Shown: positions 34,735-43,598 of the stretch, one piece after another
How positions within the stretch are numbered: position 1 is the first letter of the stretch
Layout of the letters: each line of letters begins with the position of its first letter
Origin: an uncultured Acidobacteriota bacterium
Lineage (GTDB): Bacteria > Acidobacteriota > Vicinamibacteria > Vicinamibacterales > 2-12-FULL-66-21
NCBI GenBank assembly: GCA_963844245.1
Contig: CAWJNJ010000010.1
Location: 260,209-324,208, forward strand
DNA: 64,000 bases
Direction: 5' to 3'
Program-made: the position numbers and the translations under genes
Notes under the pieces: model-generated
What the model was told of the DNA's origin: nothing
The model's database searches: none
The model's input: the letters and a program-made list of their open reading frames with translations, nothing else

Positions 34735-37392
34735 ATGATCGGAAAGATCGTTCGGCGCATGCGCACGCTGTTCAGCCGGGACCGGGTCAAAGACGAGATC
34801 CGCCGCGAACTCGAGTTCCACATCGACATGGAGACGGCGGAGCGCGCCCGCCATGGCTTTACGGCCGACGAAGCCCGGCGGACAGCGATGCGTGATTTCG
34901 GCGGCGTCGGTGCGGTGCGTGAGGCGGTCCACGATACCCGCGGCATGACCTTCTGGGACGCCCTCTCGCAGGATGTGCGTTTCGCCCTGCGGACGCTGCG
35001 GCGGTGGCCGGGGTATACCGCCGGTACCGTTCTCACGCTGGCCCTCGGCATCGGCGCCAACACCGCGATCTTCAGCATCGTCAACAACGTCCTGCTCGAA
35101 CCGCTGCCGTATGCCGACGGGCACGAGTTGGTGCGCGTCGTCCAGTCGCGAGTGAGGCCGACCAGCGGTGAGCTCGGCGTGTCGATCAAAGAGGTGAAGG
35201 ACTACCGGCAGAGCGTTCAAGCTCTGGAGGGCCTGGTCGAGTATCACGGCATGAACTTCGTCCTGCTGGATCAGGGGGAGCCGGACCGAGTGGAAACCGG
35301 CGTCGTGTCGTCGAACTTTTTCGACGCGTTCGGTGTGCGTCCGGTGATCGGCCGTGGTTTTGAAGACAAGGACGATGACCTTGGCTCTCCGGCGGTCGTA
35401 CTTCTCAGTCATGCCTACTGGCAGAAGCGGTTCGGCGGTGACAGGGGAGTGGTCGGCCGGGTCGTGCAGATGAACGACAAGCCGCACACGATCGTCGGCG
35501 TCCTGCCGCCGATTCCTCAGTACCCGCGTGAGAACGACGTGTACATGCCGACGTCCGCATGTCCGTTCCGGGCTCAGTCGGAGCTGCTGATCGAGCAGAA
35601 CCGCCGCGCCTTCGGAGCACTCCGCGTATTCGGCCGATTGAAAGAGGGAGTCACTGCCGACACGGCTGCGGCGGAGGTGGCCGGCGTCGCACAGCGCTTT
35701 GCCGGCGATAACCGGCAGGTCTACGATCCCGACAACTCGCGCTTCGCCGCGACCGTGGTCGGACTCAACGACGAGATGATCAGCGACGCGAAGCCGATCC
35801 TGCTCGGGTTGCTGGCGACGGCGGCGCTCGTGCTGCTGATCGCATGCGCCAATGTCGCCAACCTGTCACTGTCACGAATGTCGCGGCGAGATCGTGAGAT
35901 GGCGGTTCGAGTCGCGCTCGGCGCCGGCCGTGGCCGGCTGGTGCGGCAACTGCTCACCGAGAGTTCGATCCTCGCCATGTTCGGCGGTGTCATCGGCCTC
36001 GGCCTTGCGTGGGCATCGCTCGACCTGCTTGCCACCTTCGCCTCGCGATTCACTCCGAGAGTCATCGATCCTTCGATCGATCTCAAGGTGCTGCTCTTCA
36101 CCCTCGGTATCTCGATCATGACCGGCCTGGCGTTCGGGATTCTGCCGGCGCTTGCAGCGCGGCCGTCACTCACGTCCGCGCTCAAGGAAGGCGGCGCACA
36201 GGCGGGCGATGGCGTCCGCGCACGCCGGATGCGTTCCGTCCTCGTGATTGCGCAGGTGGCGGTCTGCTTCGCACTGCTGGTCGGCGCCGGCCTGTTTCTC
36301 GACAGCCTTCGCCGCCTCTCCGCGGTGGACCTCGGCTACCGTGCGGACCGGGTGCTCACCGCAGAGGTGTTCACCAACTGGTCGCGGCAGACGTCCCCTG
36401 CCGAGATTCGCTCCTTCTACATGAACGTTCTCGAACGGTTGCGGAGCACACCCGGCGTCACGGTTGCGGCGGTGACCAATGCGGTGCCGCTGTCGAATAT
36501 TCAGCCCGGCGAGCGCCCGGTCACGATCGAGGGCCTTGCCACTGATCCCTCGCAACTGCCACTGGCGGACCAGAACGTTGCGAGCGACGGCTACTTCGAG
36601 GCGCTGATGGTCCCGGCGGCTAGGGGACGGCTCTTCTCGGCAGCCGACCACCAGGATGCACCGCCGGTCGCCATCATCAATCAGACGATGGCCGGGTTGT
36701 GGGGGGAGCGGGACCCGCTCGGCGGGCGCTTTCGTCCTGCCGGCTCGGAGGCCTGGATCACCGTCGTCGGCATCGTGCCGGACGTCCGGCAGTACGGCGT
36801 CGAGCGCGAGTCGCCGGCGCAGTTCTACACGCCGTTCCTGCAGGCGCCGGGTATCGCAGCGCGCGTCCTGATCCGCACGCAAGGCAATCCCATGGACTTC
36901 GTGCCCGCCCTGAAGGCGGCGGTGTTCGCCGCCCATCCCGAGGTGCCGGTCGAATCGATCGAAACACTCGAGTCGCTGCGCGCCGGACGGCTGTCATCAC
37001 CGGCGCTCAACGCCGCGCTGCTCGGGATCTTTGCCACGCTCGCACTCGTGATCACCCTTGCCGGCATCGCGGCAGTGATCGGCACGTCCGTGAGTCAGCG
37101 GACACGGGAGTTCGGTGTTCGGATGGCGCTTGGTGCCTCGCGCGGATCGTTGCTCGGGATGGTACTGGGGCAGGGCCTGACGCTGGTCGCCATCGGCCTC
37201 GTTGCCGGGGTCGCAGGCGCCTTTGTTCTCGCCCGCAGTCTTGGTGCGTATCTGTATCAGACCAAACCCAGCGATCCGCTGGTGTACCTCGTTGTCGCGG
37301 CTGTCTTCCTTGCCGCGGCTGCGGCGGCCTGCATGGCGCCGGCGCGACGGGCGACGTCGATCGATCCGCTTACGGCGCTGCGCGCCGAGTGA
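34735..37392 (+). CDS. ADOP-family MacB-like permease 2 (intact, 885 aa)
   Basis: N-terminal extension RVKDEIRRELEFHIDMETAERARHG...RDFGGVGAVREAVHDTRG, then LRRWPGYTAGTVLTLALGIGANTAIFS, two FtsX-type 4-TM modules, and the ending SIDPLTALRAE. Confidence 0.9.
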   Translation: MIGKIVRRMRTLFSRDRVKDEIRRELEFHIDMETAERARHGFTADEARRTAMRDFGGVGAVREAVHDTRGMTFWDALSQDVRFALRTLRRWPGYTAGTVLTLALGIGANTAIFSIVNNVLLEPLPYADGHELVRVVQSRVRPTSGELGVSIKEVKDYRQSVQALEGLVEYHGMNFVLLDQGEPDRVETGVVSSNFFDAFGVRPVIGRGFEDKDDDLGSPAVVLLSHAYWQKRFGGDRGVVGRVVQMNDKPHTIVGVLPPIPQYPRENDVYMPTSACPFRAQSELLIEQNRRAFGALRVFGRLKEGVTADTAAAEVAGVAQRFAGDNRQVYDPDNSRFAATVVGLNDEMISDAKPILLGLLATAALVLLIACANVANLSLSRMSRRDREMAVRVALGAGRGRLVRQLLTESSILAMFGGVIGLGLAWASLDLLATFASRFTPRVIDPSIDLKVLLFTLGISIMTGLAFGILPALAARPSLTSALKEGGAQAGDGVRARRMRSVLVIAQVAVCFALLVGAGLFLDSLRRLSAVDLGYRADRVLTAEVFTNWSRQTSPAEIRSFYMNVLERLRSTPGVTVAAVTNAVPLSNIQPGERPVTIEGLATDPSQLPLADQNVASDGYFEALMVPAARGRLFSAADHQDAPPVAIINQTMAGLWGERDPLGGRFRPAGSEAWITVVGIVPDVRQYGVERESPAQFYTPFLQAPGIAARVLIRTQGNPMDFVPALKAAVFAAHPEVPVESIETLESLRAGRLSSPALNAALLGIFATLALVITLAGIAAVIGTSVSQRTREFGVRMALGASRGSLLGMVLGQGLTLVAIGLVAGVAGAFVLARSLGAYLYQTKPSDPLVYLVVAAVFLAAAAAACMAPARRATSIDPLTALRAE

Positions 37393-37417
37393 AAATCGAA
37401 AATGGAAAATGGACGAT
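37390..37417 (+). repeat. Heptamer array (TGAAAAT CGAAAAT GGAAAAT GGACGAT) spanning the ADOP-2 stop and the ADOP-3 start
   Basis: Reverse complement of the TTYCCAT family. Shares GGAAAATGGA with the reverse complement of 40378-40412. Confidence 0.6.
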
Positions 37418-40025
37418 GACGATGGTCGCGAAATGGCTGCGACGGGCGAAGACGTTGGTCCGTCGTGGACGCGTGAAGGACGAGATCCAGCGCGAGCTCG
37501 AGTTCCACATCCAGATGGAAACGGCCGAGCGCGAGCGTCGCGGTGCCTCCAGCGCCGAGGCGCGGCGGACGGCGCTCCGTGACTTCGGCGGTGTGTCGGC
37601 GGTCCGCGAGGCGGTGCACGACACCCGCGGCCTGACCTTGTGGGACTCGCTGTCGCAGGACATTCGCTACACGGTCCGGACTCTCCGCCGCTGGCCCGGG
37701 TATACAACCGCGACGATCCTCACCCTCGCTCTCGGCATCGGCGCGAACACCGCCGTCTTCAGCGTCATCAACGCCGCGATGCTGACGCCCCTGCCATACC
37801 CGGAACCGCACCGCCTCGTGCGCGTGAGTCTCGACCGCGGCGGTGAGTATCGCTACTTTCCCGGCGCCGGCCTTCTCGATCTGCGCGCACAGAGCCAGAC
37901 GATGGACGTGGCCTCGGTCTATACCTACAACGAGCAGGGAGCTGACCTTGTCGGTCCCGCGGGGGCCGAGCGCATCCCGGTGACGCAGGTGAGCGCCAAC
38001 TACTTCCAGGTTCTCGGTGTCACACCCCTGGCGGGCCGTGTCTTCAGCTCCAGCGAAGAACGGCCTGACGCGAAGGTCGTGATCGTCGGCGAGCGGATCT
38101 GGCGGCAGTATCTCGACGCGAGCCATGCGGCAATTGGCCGGACGCTGATGCTGAACGGCGCTCCGTACCAGGTGATTGGTGTCCTGCCGGCCTCGTTCGA
38201 GGATCCCCTGCAACCGCAACTCGAGTTGTGGCAGCCCGAGGACCTGCAGCCGGGCGGCGACAACGACTGGGACAACAATCGTCTCAGCGCGATCGCGAGG
38301 CTGCGGCCCGGCAGCACGATCGACGCGGCGCAGGCCGAAACGCAGGCGCTGGTGGCGCGGCAGGCGGCCAACTACGGCACCACGGTCGCCACGTCGGCGC
38401 GCGTGATGCCGTTGCAGGACGACATGGTCGGCGCGGCCGGGCCCATGCTCTACGCGTTGATGGCGGCCGTCGGCCTGCTCCTGCTGCTGGCGTGCGTGAA
38501 CGTCGCGACGTTGATGCTGGCGCGGGCGGCGGCTCGCACCCATGAGATCACGGTGCGGGCCGCGCTCGGGTCGGCACGCTGGCGCATCGTCCGGCAACTG
38601 CTGACAGAGAGCCTGATCCTGTCGCTCGCCGGCGGCGTGGCGGGGCTGATCATGGCGCGCATGGTGACGGGAGGTCTCCTGGCCGCAGCCCCCGTCGCGG
38701 TTCTGCAGCCGGAGGCGGCGGCTCTCGATCGTGCCGTCTTCTTCTATTGCTTTGGGATCGCGCTCGTCGCCGGGCTCGCTTTTGGGATCGCCCCGGCGAT
38801 CCATGCGTCGCGTCCCAGCCTGGAGGCAGCGCTGCGGGAAGGCGGCCGCAGCGGCGGTGCCAGCCGGAAGCAGACCAGAACGTGGAAGGTCCTCGTGGTC
38901 TGCCAGGTGGCCGTGGCGCTTGTGCTCCTGGTGGGCGCCGGCCTGCTCCTGAGGAGCCTGCAGCGCCTGAAGGATCTCGACCTCGGCATCCAGCCCGCCA
39001 ACGTCATGACGTTCCAGGTCAACCTCCCGGGCGGCCGCTATCCCGACGCAACGCAGCGGCTCGCCTTCTACGCCTCGCTCCATGAGCGGCTCTCGGCGCT
39101 GCCGAACGTCCTCGCGGTGGGGTCCACATCGCGCCTGCCGTCGATGGGCACGTTTCAGAGCTGGGGTGCCCGCCACCCGGGCGCTCCGAGACTGCATCTC
39201 GCGGAACAACGCATCGTGGACGGACGATATTTTCAAGCCGTCGGAATACCGATCCAGAGTGGGCGCGCGTTCGACGCGCAGGACACGGCCGCGGCCGAGC
39301 GCAGGATCGTGGTGAGCCGCTCCCTCGCCGATTCGATGTTCCCCGGCGTTGATCCGCTCGGCCGGCAGCTGCAGATCGCCAACTTTCGCGCCACGGTGAT
39401 CGGCGTCGTCGGAGACGTCGCCCTGACGGTGCGCGGGCTGCGCGCACCGACCGTGTATCACGCTCACTCGCAGTTTGCGGCCCGGAACTGGGCCCTGACC
39501 CAGGTCGTCGCGATGCGAACGCCGGAGCCGGCCTTGATCCCGACGATTCGCGAGCAGTTGCGGGCGATCGACCCGGCGCTCGTGCTGCATCAGCCGCGCC
39601 CGCTCGCCGACGTGATCGGCCGTGGCCAGGCACGGGAGAGGTTCTCGCTCCAGTTGATCGGCGCGTTTGCGGGGCTGGCGCTGGTCCTCGCGGCGGTCGG
39701 GCTTTACGGCGTTCTTGCGTATTCCGTGGCGAGCCGCGAGCGGGAAATCGGTATCCGGATGGCGCTCGGTGCCCGGGCTTCGAGCGTGCGGCGGATGTTC
39801 CTGGGGATGGCGGCGAAGCTCGCGGCCGCTGGGCTGATCGGTGGCGCGCTCGGCGCGCTGGCGCTCACACAGGGTCTGCGGTCACTCGTCTTCGGCGTGA
39901 GTCTCTACGATCCCGTGGCGTTCATCGGCGCCGCGGTAATGCTCGCCTGCGTCGCGGCCGCGGCGGGGTGGATTCCGGCCCGCGCCGCCTCACGCGTCGA
40001 CCCGCTCAACGTACTCGGACGATAA
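37416..40025 (+). CDS. ADOP-family MacB-like permease 3 (intact, about 870 aa)
   Basis: MTMVAKWLRRAKTLVRRGRVKDEIQRELEFHIQMETAERERRG..., closely parallel to ADOP-2 over the first ~120 aa. Ends RVDPLNVLGR. The track start 36699 lies inside ADOP-2 in another frame. Confidence 0.9.
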   Translation: MTMVAKWLRRAKTLVRRGRVKDEIQRELEFHIQMETAERERRGASSAEARRTALRDFGGVSAVREAVHDTRGLTLWDSLSQDIRYTVRTLRRWPGYTTATILTLALGIGANTAVFSVINAAMLTPLPYPEPHRLVRVSLDRGGEYRYFPGAGLLDLRAQSQTMDVASVYTYNEQGADLVGPAGAERIPVTQVSANYFQVLGVTPLAGRVFSSSEERPDAKVVIVGERIWRQYLDASHAAIGRTLMLNGAPYQVIGVLPASFEDPLQPQLELWQPEDLQPGGDNDWDNNRLSAIARLRPGSTIDAAQAETQALVARQAANYGTTVATSARVMPLQDDMVGAAGPMLYALMAAVGLLLLLACVNVATLMLARAAARTHEITVRAALGSARWRIVRQLLTESLILSLAGGVAGLIMARMVTGGLLAAAPVAVLQPEAAALDRAVFFYCFGIALVAGLAFGIAPAIHASRPSLEAALREGGRSGGASRKQTRTWKVLVVCQVAVALVLLVGAGLLLRSLQRLKDLDLGIQPANVMTFQVNLPGGRYPDATQRLAFYASLHERLSALPNVLAVGSTSRLPSMGTFQSWGARHPGAPRLHLAEQRIVDGRYFQAVGIPIQSGRAFDAQDTAAAERRIVVSRSLADSMFPGVDPLGRQLQIANFRATVIGVVGDVALTVRGLRAPTVYHAHSQFAARNWALTQVVAMRTPEPALIPTIREQLRAIDPALVLHQPRPLADVIGRGQARERFSLQLIGAFAGLALVLAAVGLYGVLAYSVASREREIGIRMALGARASSVRRMFLGMAAKLAAAGLIGGALGALALTQGLRSLVFGVSLYDPVAFIGAAVMLACVAAAAGWIPARAASRVDPLNVLGR

Positions 40026-40030
40026 AACAT

Positions 40031-40369
40031 ATGGCAAAGGCGTCAAAGAGCGATCTCCTCCAGGGCACGCTCGACCTGCTCATCCTGAAGACTCTCGCAC
40101 TCGGCCCGCAACACGGCTGGGGCATTTCCCAGCGGATCCAGCAGATCTCGCAGGACGTCCTGCAGGTCAACCAGGGATCCCTGTACCCCGCGCTCCATCG
40201 ACTGGAGGAGCAGGGCTGGATTTCCTCAGAGTGGGGAATGTCGGACAGCAATAGACAGGCGAAGTTCTACCAGCTGACGCGAACAGGGCAGCGGCAACTG
40301 GAAGTCGAGTCCGCGAACTGGGCGCGAGTCTCAGCGGCAGTAGGTCGCATCCTCGACGCGACCTCCTGA
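40031..40369 (+). CDS. PadR-family transcriptional regulator (short, about 112 aa)
   Basis: LQGTLDLLILKTLALGPQHGWGISQRIQQISQDVLQVNQGSLYPALHRLEEQGWISSEWG is the canonical PadR winged helix. Confidence 0.9.
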   Translation: MAKASKSDLLQGTLDLLILKTLALGPQHGWGISQRIQQISQDVLQVNQGSLYPALHRLEEQGWISSEWGMSDSNRQAKFYQLTRTGQRQLEVESANWARVSAAVGRILDATS

Positions 40370-40377
40370 GCGTACCC

Positions 40378-40412
40378 TTTTCCATCTTCCATTTTCCCTA
40401 TTCCATCGAACC
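40378..40412 (+). repeat. Heptamer array (TTTTCCA TCTTCCA TTTTCCC TATTCCA TCGAACC)
   Basis: Five period-7 units, starting 9 nt after the PadR stop. Confidence 0.65.
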
Positions 40413-40434
40413 GGCCTCAGTCCGCTGAGGCCGG
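40411..40434. terminator. Perfect 10-bp hairpin (ccggcctcag-tccg-ctgaggccgg) between convergent PadR and the NTF2-like lipoprotein gene
   Basis: The perfect stem was read directly. It overlaps the last codons and the stop of the minus-strand gene. No U-tract on either side. Confidence 0.5.
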
Positions 40435-40893
40435 CATCGGCGGGAGGTCGCTGCTCCAGATCGTCTTTTCCGTACGCCAGGTTCCGGCCATGTTGCGCAG
40501 GACGAGAAGATACTTGCCGCGGTCTCTGCGGCCATTCGCGTAGCTGAGGCTGTAGGTGCCCCACTCGTAGGCGATCGGCCCGTGACCTGCCACTTCGTCG
40601 GGCTGGAGCTTCAGCTCGGACGCACCCTTGCCGATCAGCTCACCGTAAAACGACTTCAACGGCTCACGCCCGCGCAGCAGCGGCGCGTTCGGCGGCATGA
40701 ACACCGAGTTGTCGGCGTAGAACCCGACGATCTTGTCGAGATCCTTTTCGTTGAACGCGGTTGACAGCTCGGCGGCCTGGTGCTTGATCGTGTCGAGGTC
40801 AGTGCGCGAAAATTCCTGCTGCTTGGCTCCCGTGGCACACGCACTCACCGCAAGGGTGAGCGTGAGCGCGGCGATGGTCACGACGTGTCGCAT
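40417..40893 (-). CDS. NTF2-like (SnoaL/DUF4440-type) lipoprotein, paralog B
   Basis: MRHVVTIAALTLTLAVSAC lipobox. Aligns with paralog A along its length (FYADNSVFMPPNAPLLRGREPL, GHGPIAYE, RDRGKY, TWRTEKTIWSSDLPP). Confidence 0.8.
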   Translation of the reverse strand: MRHVVTIAALTLTLAVSACATGAKQQEFSRTDLDTIKHQAAELSTAFNEKDLDKIVGFYADNSVFMPPNAPLLRGREPLKSFYGELIGKGASELKLQPDEVAGHGPIAYEWGTYSLSYANGRRDRGKYLLVLRNMAGTWRTEKTIWSSDLPPMPASAD

Positions 40894-41067
40894 GTCTTCT
40901 AGTTCCTCGTGCGCGTTAAACGTTAGAGATGAATCTATCGATGATCCGGTACGGCCGGCGCCGTGTCAACGCTCCTCCGAAAGTTGGACACCGCTCACAT
41001 CGTTTGGGTTCACCGTGCACGAACCTGTCGTAATTGCATACGCGACCGTGACATAATTCGCCCGCGA

Positions 41068-42097
41068 ATGGGCAAATGGAATGTCGTCGTGCTCTACGAT
41101 CGCTGGGAAGAGCCAGAGACCGACGGAGCATCGGCAGCAGCGACCGACAAGGCGCCGATCACACGTACGCTTGACAAGAAAGAAGTCGAGGACGAAGTCG
41201 CCGAGACACTGATCAAGCTCGGGCACGACGCGACGTTGCACGTGCTCGACGGATCGATCAAGAGTCTGCATGCGATTGCGAAGATGGAGTACGACCTCAT
41301 GTTCAATCTTGCCGAATCGTTCGGCGGGAATGACATGGCCGACTACTGCATCGCGGCCTACCTCGAGCTTCTCGACAAGCGATTCACCGGCAGCGGCTCG
41401 CACGGCCTGCTTTTCGGCCAGGACAAGGCCGCGGCCAAGAAGATCCTCGAGTTCCACGGCATCCACACGCCCGTGTTCGCGCGTTCGTTCCGCGGCCGGC
41501 TCGACTTCTCCCACGACCTCGAGTTCCCCGTGATCGTCAAACCGGCCCGAGAGGACGGTTCGATCGGCATCGAGTTCGCGAGCGTCGTGACATCGATCCG
41601 CGAGTTGATGGAACGCATCGACTGGCTCCACCAGAACTTCGATTCTCCGGTCCTGATCGAGGAATTCGTCGAAGGGCGCGAGATGTACGTCGGGGTCATT
41701 GGTAACGAGCATCCCGAAGCGCTGCCTGTGATCGAGCTCGACCTCTCGAAGCTGCCCGAAGGCACGCCGCGGATCGCGGGGGCCGAAGTGAAGTGGGGGA
41801 AGGGCACGCGGGCCTACCGCGACACGAAGTCGGCGATCGCCGAAGGCCTGCCCGAAGAAACGGTGACGCTGCTGCAGCAGACCGCGATCGCGGTCTTCCA
41901 GGCCCTCGAGCTGCGCGATTACGCCCGTATCGATATGCGACTGAGGCCGGACGGCCGCGTCGCCGTCATCGAGGCCAACCCGAATCCCTGGCTGGCCTCC
42001 AAGGCCGAGTTCGCCATGGCAGGGCAGGAAAGCCGGGCGAACGTATCCTCAACTCATCGAAGAGATCCTGGATCTCGCGATGGCACGATACGCGTAA
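41068..42097 (+). pseudogene. ATP-grasp protein of the D-alanine--D-alanine ligase family. C-terminal frameshift in a G3 run at 42022-42024
   Basis: FPVIVKPAREDGSIGI, LIEEFVEGREMYVGVIG and ARIDMRLRPDGRVAVIEANPNP are ATP-grasp motifs. Removing one G restores ...FAMAGRKAGRTYPQLIEEILDLAMARYA before TAA at 42095-42097. Confidence 0.8.
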
Positions 42098-42099
42098 GA

Positions 42100-42171
42100 A
42101 GCTTTCAGCTATTCAGCTGTCAGCTTTCAGCTAAGATCTGGCTGATAGCTGAGAGCTGAGAGCTGAGAGCT
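42100..42171. repeat. About 30-bp imperfect hairpin built from tandem GCTNNNA heptamers, between convergent stops
   Basis: Left arm GCTTTCA GCTATTCA GCTGTCA GCTTTCA, 9-nt loop (taagatctg), right arm GCTGATA GCTGAGA GCTGAGA GCTGAGA. Paired by hand it shows 2 mismatches, 1 bulge and 1 G-U pair. Confidence 0.7.
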
Positions 42172-42184
42172 ATCCCGATCACTC

Positions 42185-42709
42185 CTATCCCCGGATCCTC
42201 CACAGATAAAGCGTGATCTCGTCGCCACGGGCGCTGAAAAAGCGATCGATGGCGTCTGCCGGCCAGTCAGTGCCCATGCTGAAAGCATGGGACACGACCC
42301 TGGAGCCGGGCTTGAGTTCCGCCTGGAGCCGCGGCCGCAACTTCGCATTCGAGGACGAAAGCAGGTAGAGAGTCACGACGCTCGCCTTGCTGAGGTCGGT
42401 CGTCATCGCATCTTCGAGCCGGAACTCCACCAGGTCCTCGACCCCGGCCTTCCTCGCGTTTGCTTTGGCCTCGTCCACCAGCTTTGGATCGATGTCGACA
42501 CCGATGCCGCGGGCGCCGAACTTCTGCGCCGCGCGGATCGGAATACGGCCATCACCGCAGCCAAGGTCCAGCACGGTGTCTGCCTTCTGGACGTTCGCGA
42601 GCGCGAGCATCCGGTCGACGACGTCTTCAGCACTTGGGACGTACGGCGCGAGACTCTGGTGGGGTGCCAGCACCATCAGCGCGATCACTACGGCAGCTGG
42701 ACGGATCAT
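42185..42709 (-). CDS. Class I SAM-dependent methyltransferase with an N-terminal signal/anchor
   Basis: VLDLGCGDGRIPIRAA (motif I), GIGVDID, and an N-terminal MIRPAAVVIALMVLAP. Confidence 0.8.
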   Translation of the reverse strand: MIRPAAVVIALMVLAPHQSLAPYVPSAEDVVDRMLALANVQKADTVLDLGCGDGRIPIRAAQKFGARGIGVDIDPKLVDEAKANARKAGVEDLVEFRLEDAMTTDLSKASVVTLYLLSSSNAKLRPRLQAELKPGSRVVSHAFSMGTDWPADAIDRFFSARGDEITLYLWRIRG

Positions 42710-42837
42710 CCCGAAATGATAGACGAATAAGGCGTTTACCCTCAGCCCGGCCGTAATGGCGTGGTCACCGGGGGAGTATCAGAGCCACTGTCGATTACAG
42801 AAGTGCCAGAAAGTGGCCAATTTTTGCACATTTTGCG

Positions 42838-42866
42838 TTGCTTGGCCCTCTCCCTTCGCTTATACT
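42838..42866 (+). promoter_or_regulatory. Sigma-70-like promoter for carD (TTGCTT, 17-nt spacer, TATACT)
   Basis: Hexamers at 42838-42843 and 42861-42866, in an A/T-richer intergenic region about 60 nt upstream of the GTG start. Confidence 0.45.
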
Positions 42867-42925
42867 GAAGGGACTGCTCAGCGGGCGCACACCCAGCCTA
42901 CTTACCTTACTCAGTTGGGGGACAC

Positions 42926-43504
42926 GTGACATTCCAGGTCGGTGACAAGGTCATTTACCCAAACCACGGACTCGGCGTCGTTCAGGGCATCGAAACAAAA
43001 ACCATCCTAGGGACAACATGCGGTTTTTACCACCTCCGCATGGTTGCTAACGAAACCACGGTACTCGTACCGGTGGACAACGTTGATGGTGTTGGCCTGA
43101 GACGCGCGATCAATGACGAAGAGATCGAACGGTTGTTTTCTCTCCTCGGCGACGGCAAGATCGACAATCACCAGAATTGGAAAGGACGCTTCAAAGACAA
43201 TTCGGATCGCATGCGCACGGGTTCCATCTACGACGTCGTCGAAGTGCTCAAGTCTCTGACCTTCCTCGCCCGCTCGAAGAACCTCTCCTTCCGCGAAAAG
43301 CGCATGCTCGATCGCGCCAAGTTCCTCGTCATTTCGGAAATCTCTGAAGTCTCGCACGAGATCTCGGCGGCCATCGAAGAGAAGGTCGACCGGGCCCTCG
43401 AGCGTTGCTTCACGATGAAGAACCGGTCGATCGCCCGTGCGAAGACCGCCAAGGCTACCGCGACGACGCGCGTGACGGCCCGGCGGACCGCGAAGGCATC
43501 GTAA
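42926..43504 (+). CDS. carD: CarD/CdnL-family RNA-polymerase-binding transcription factor
   Basis: FQVGDKVIYPNHGLGVVQGIE...YHLRMVANETTVLVPVDN... (CarD_TRCF domain) followed by a helical C-domain. Confidence 0.9.
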   Translation: MTFQVGDKVIYPNHGLGVVQGIETKTILGTTCGFYHLRMVANETTVLVPVDNVDGVGLRRAINDEEIERLFSLLGDGKIDNHQNWKGRFKDNSDRMRTGSIYDVVEVLKSLTFLARSKNLSFREKRMLDRAKFLVISEISEVSHEISAAIEEKVDRALERCFTMKNRSIARAKTAKATATTRVTARRTAKAS

Positions 43505-43543
43505 ACGAGAACTGCTGTCAGCGGGAACGCTGCAGTTGAGACC

Positions 43544-43579
43544 AGGCCGGAGCCCGAAAGGTGCTCCGGCCTTTTTTTC
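43544..43579 (+). terminator. Rho-independent terminator after carD
   Basis: aggccggagc / loop / gctccggcct followed by ttttttt. Confidence 0.8.
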
Positions 43580-43598
43580 GTTTCTATATGATTTGTCC

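Noticed and set aside
36699-37415. An N-terminal extension of about 240 aa on the ADOP-3 ORF
   Set aside because: It lies inside ADOP-2 in another frame, and the translated sequence is Arg/Gly-rich. The canonical ADOP N-terminus begins at ATG 37416.
37257-39590. 777-aa minus-strand ORF
   Set aside because: It is antisense to ADOP-3, which has clear family motifs. The antisense translation is Arg/Pro/Gly-rich junk.
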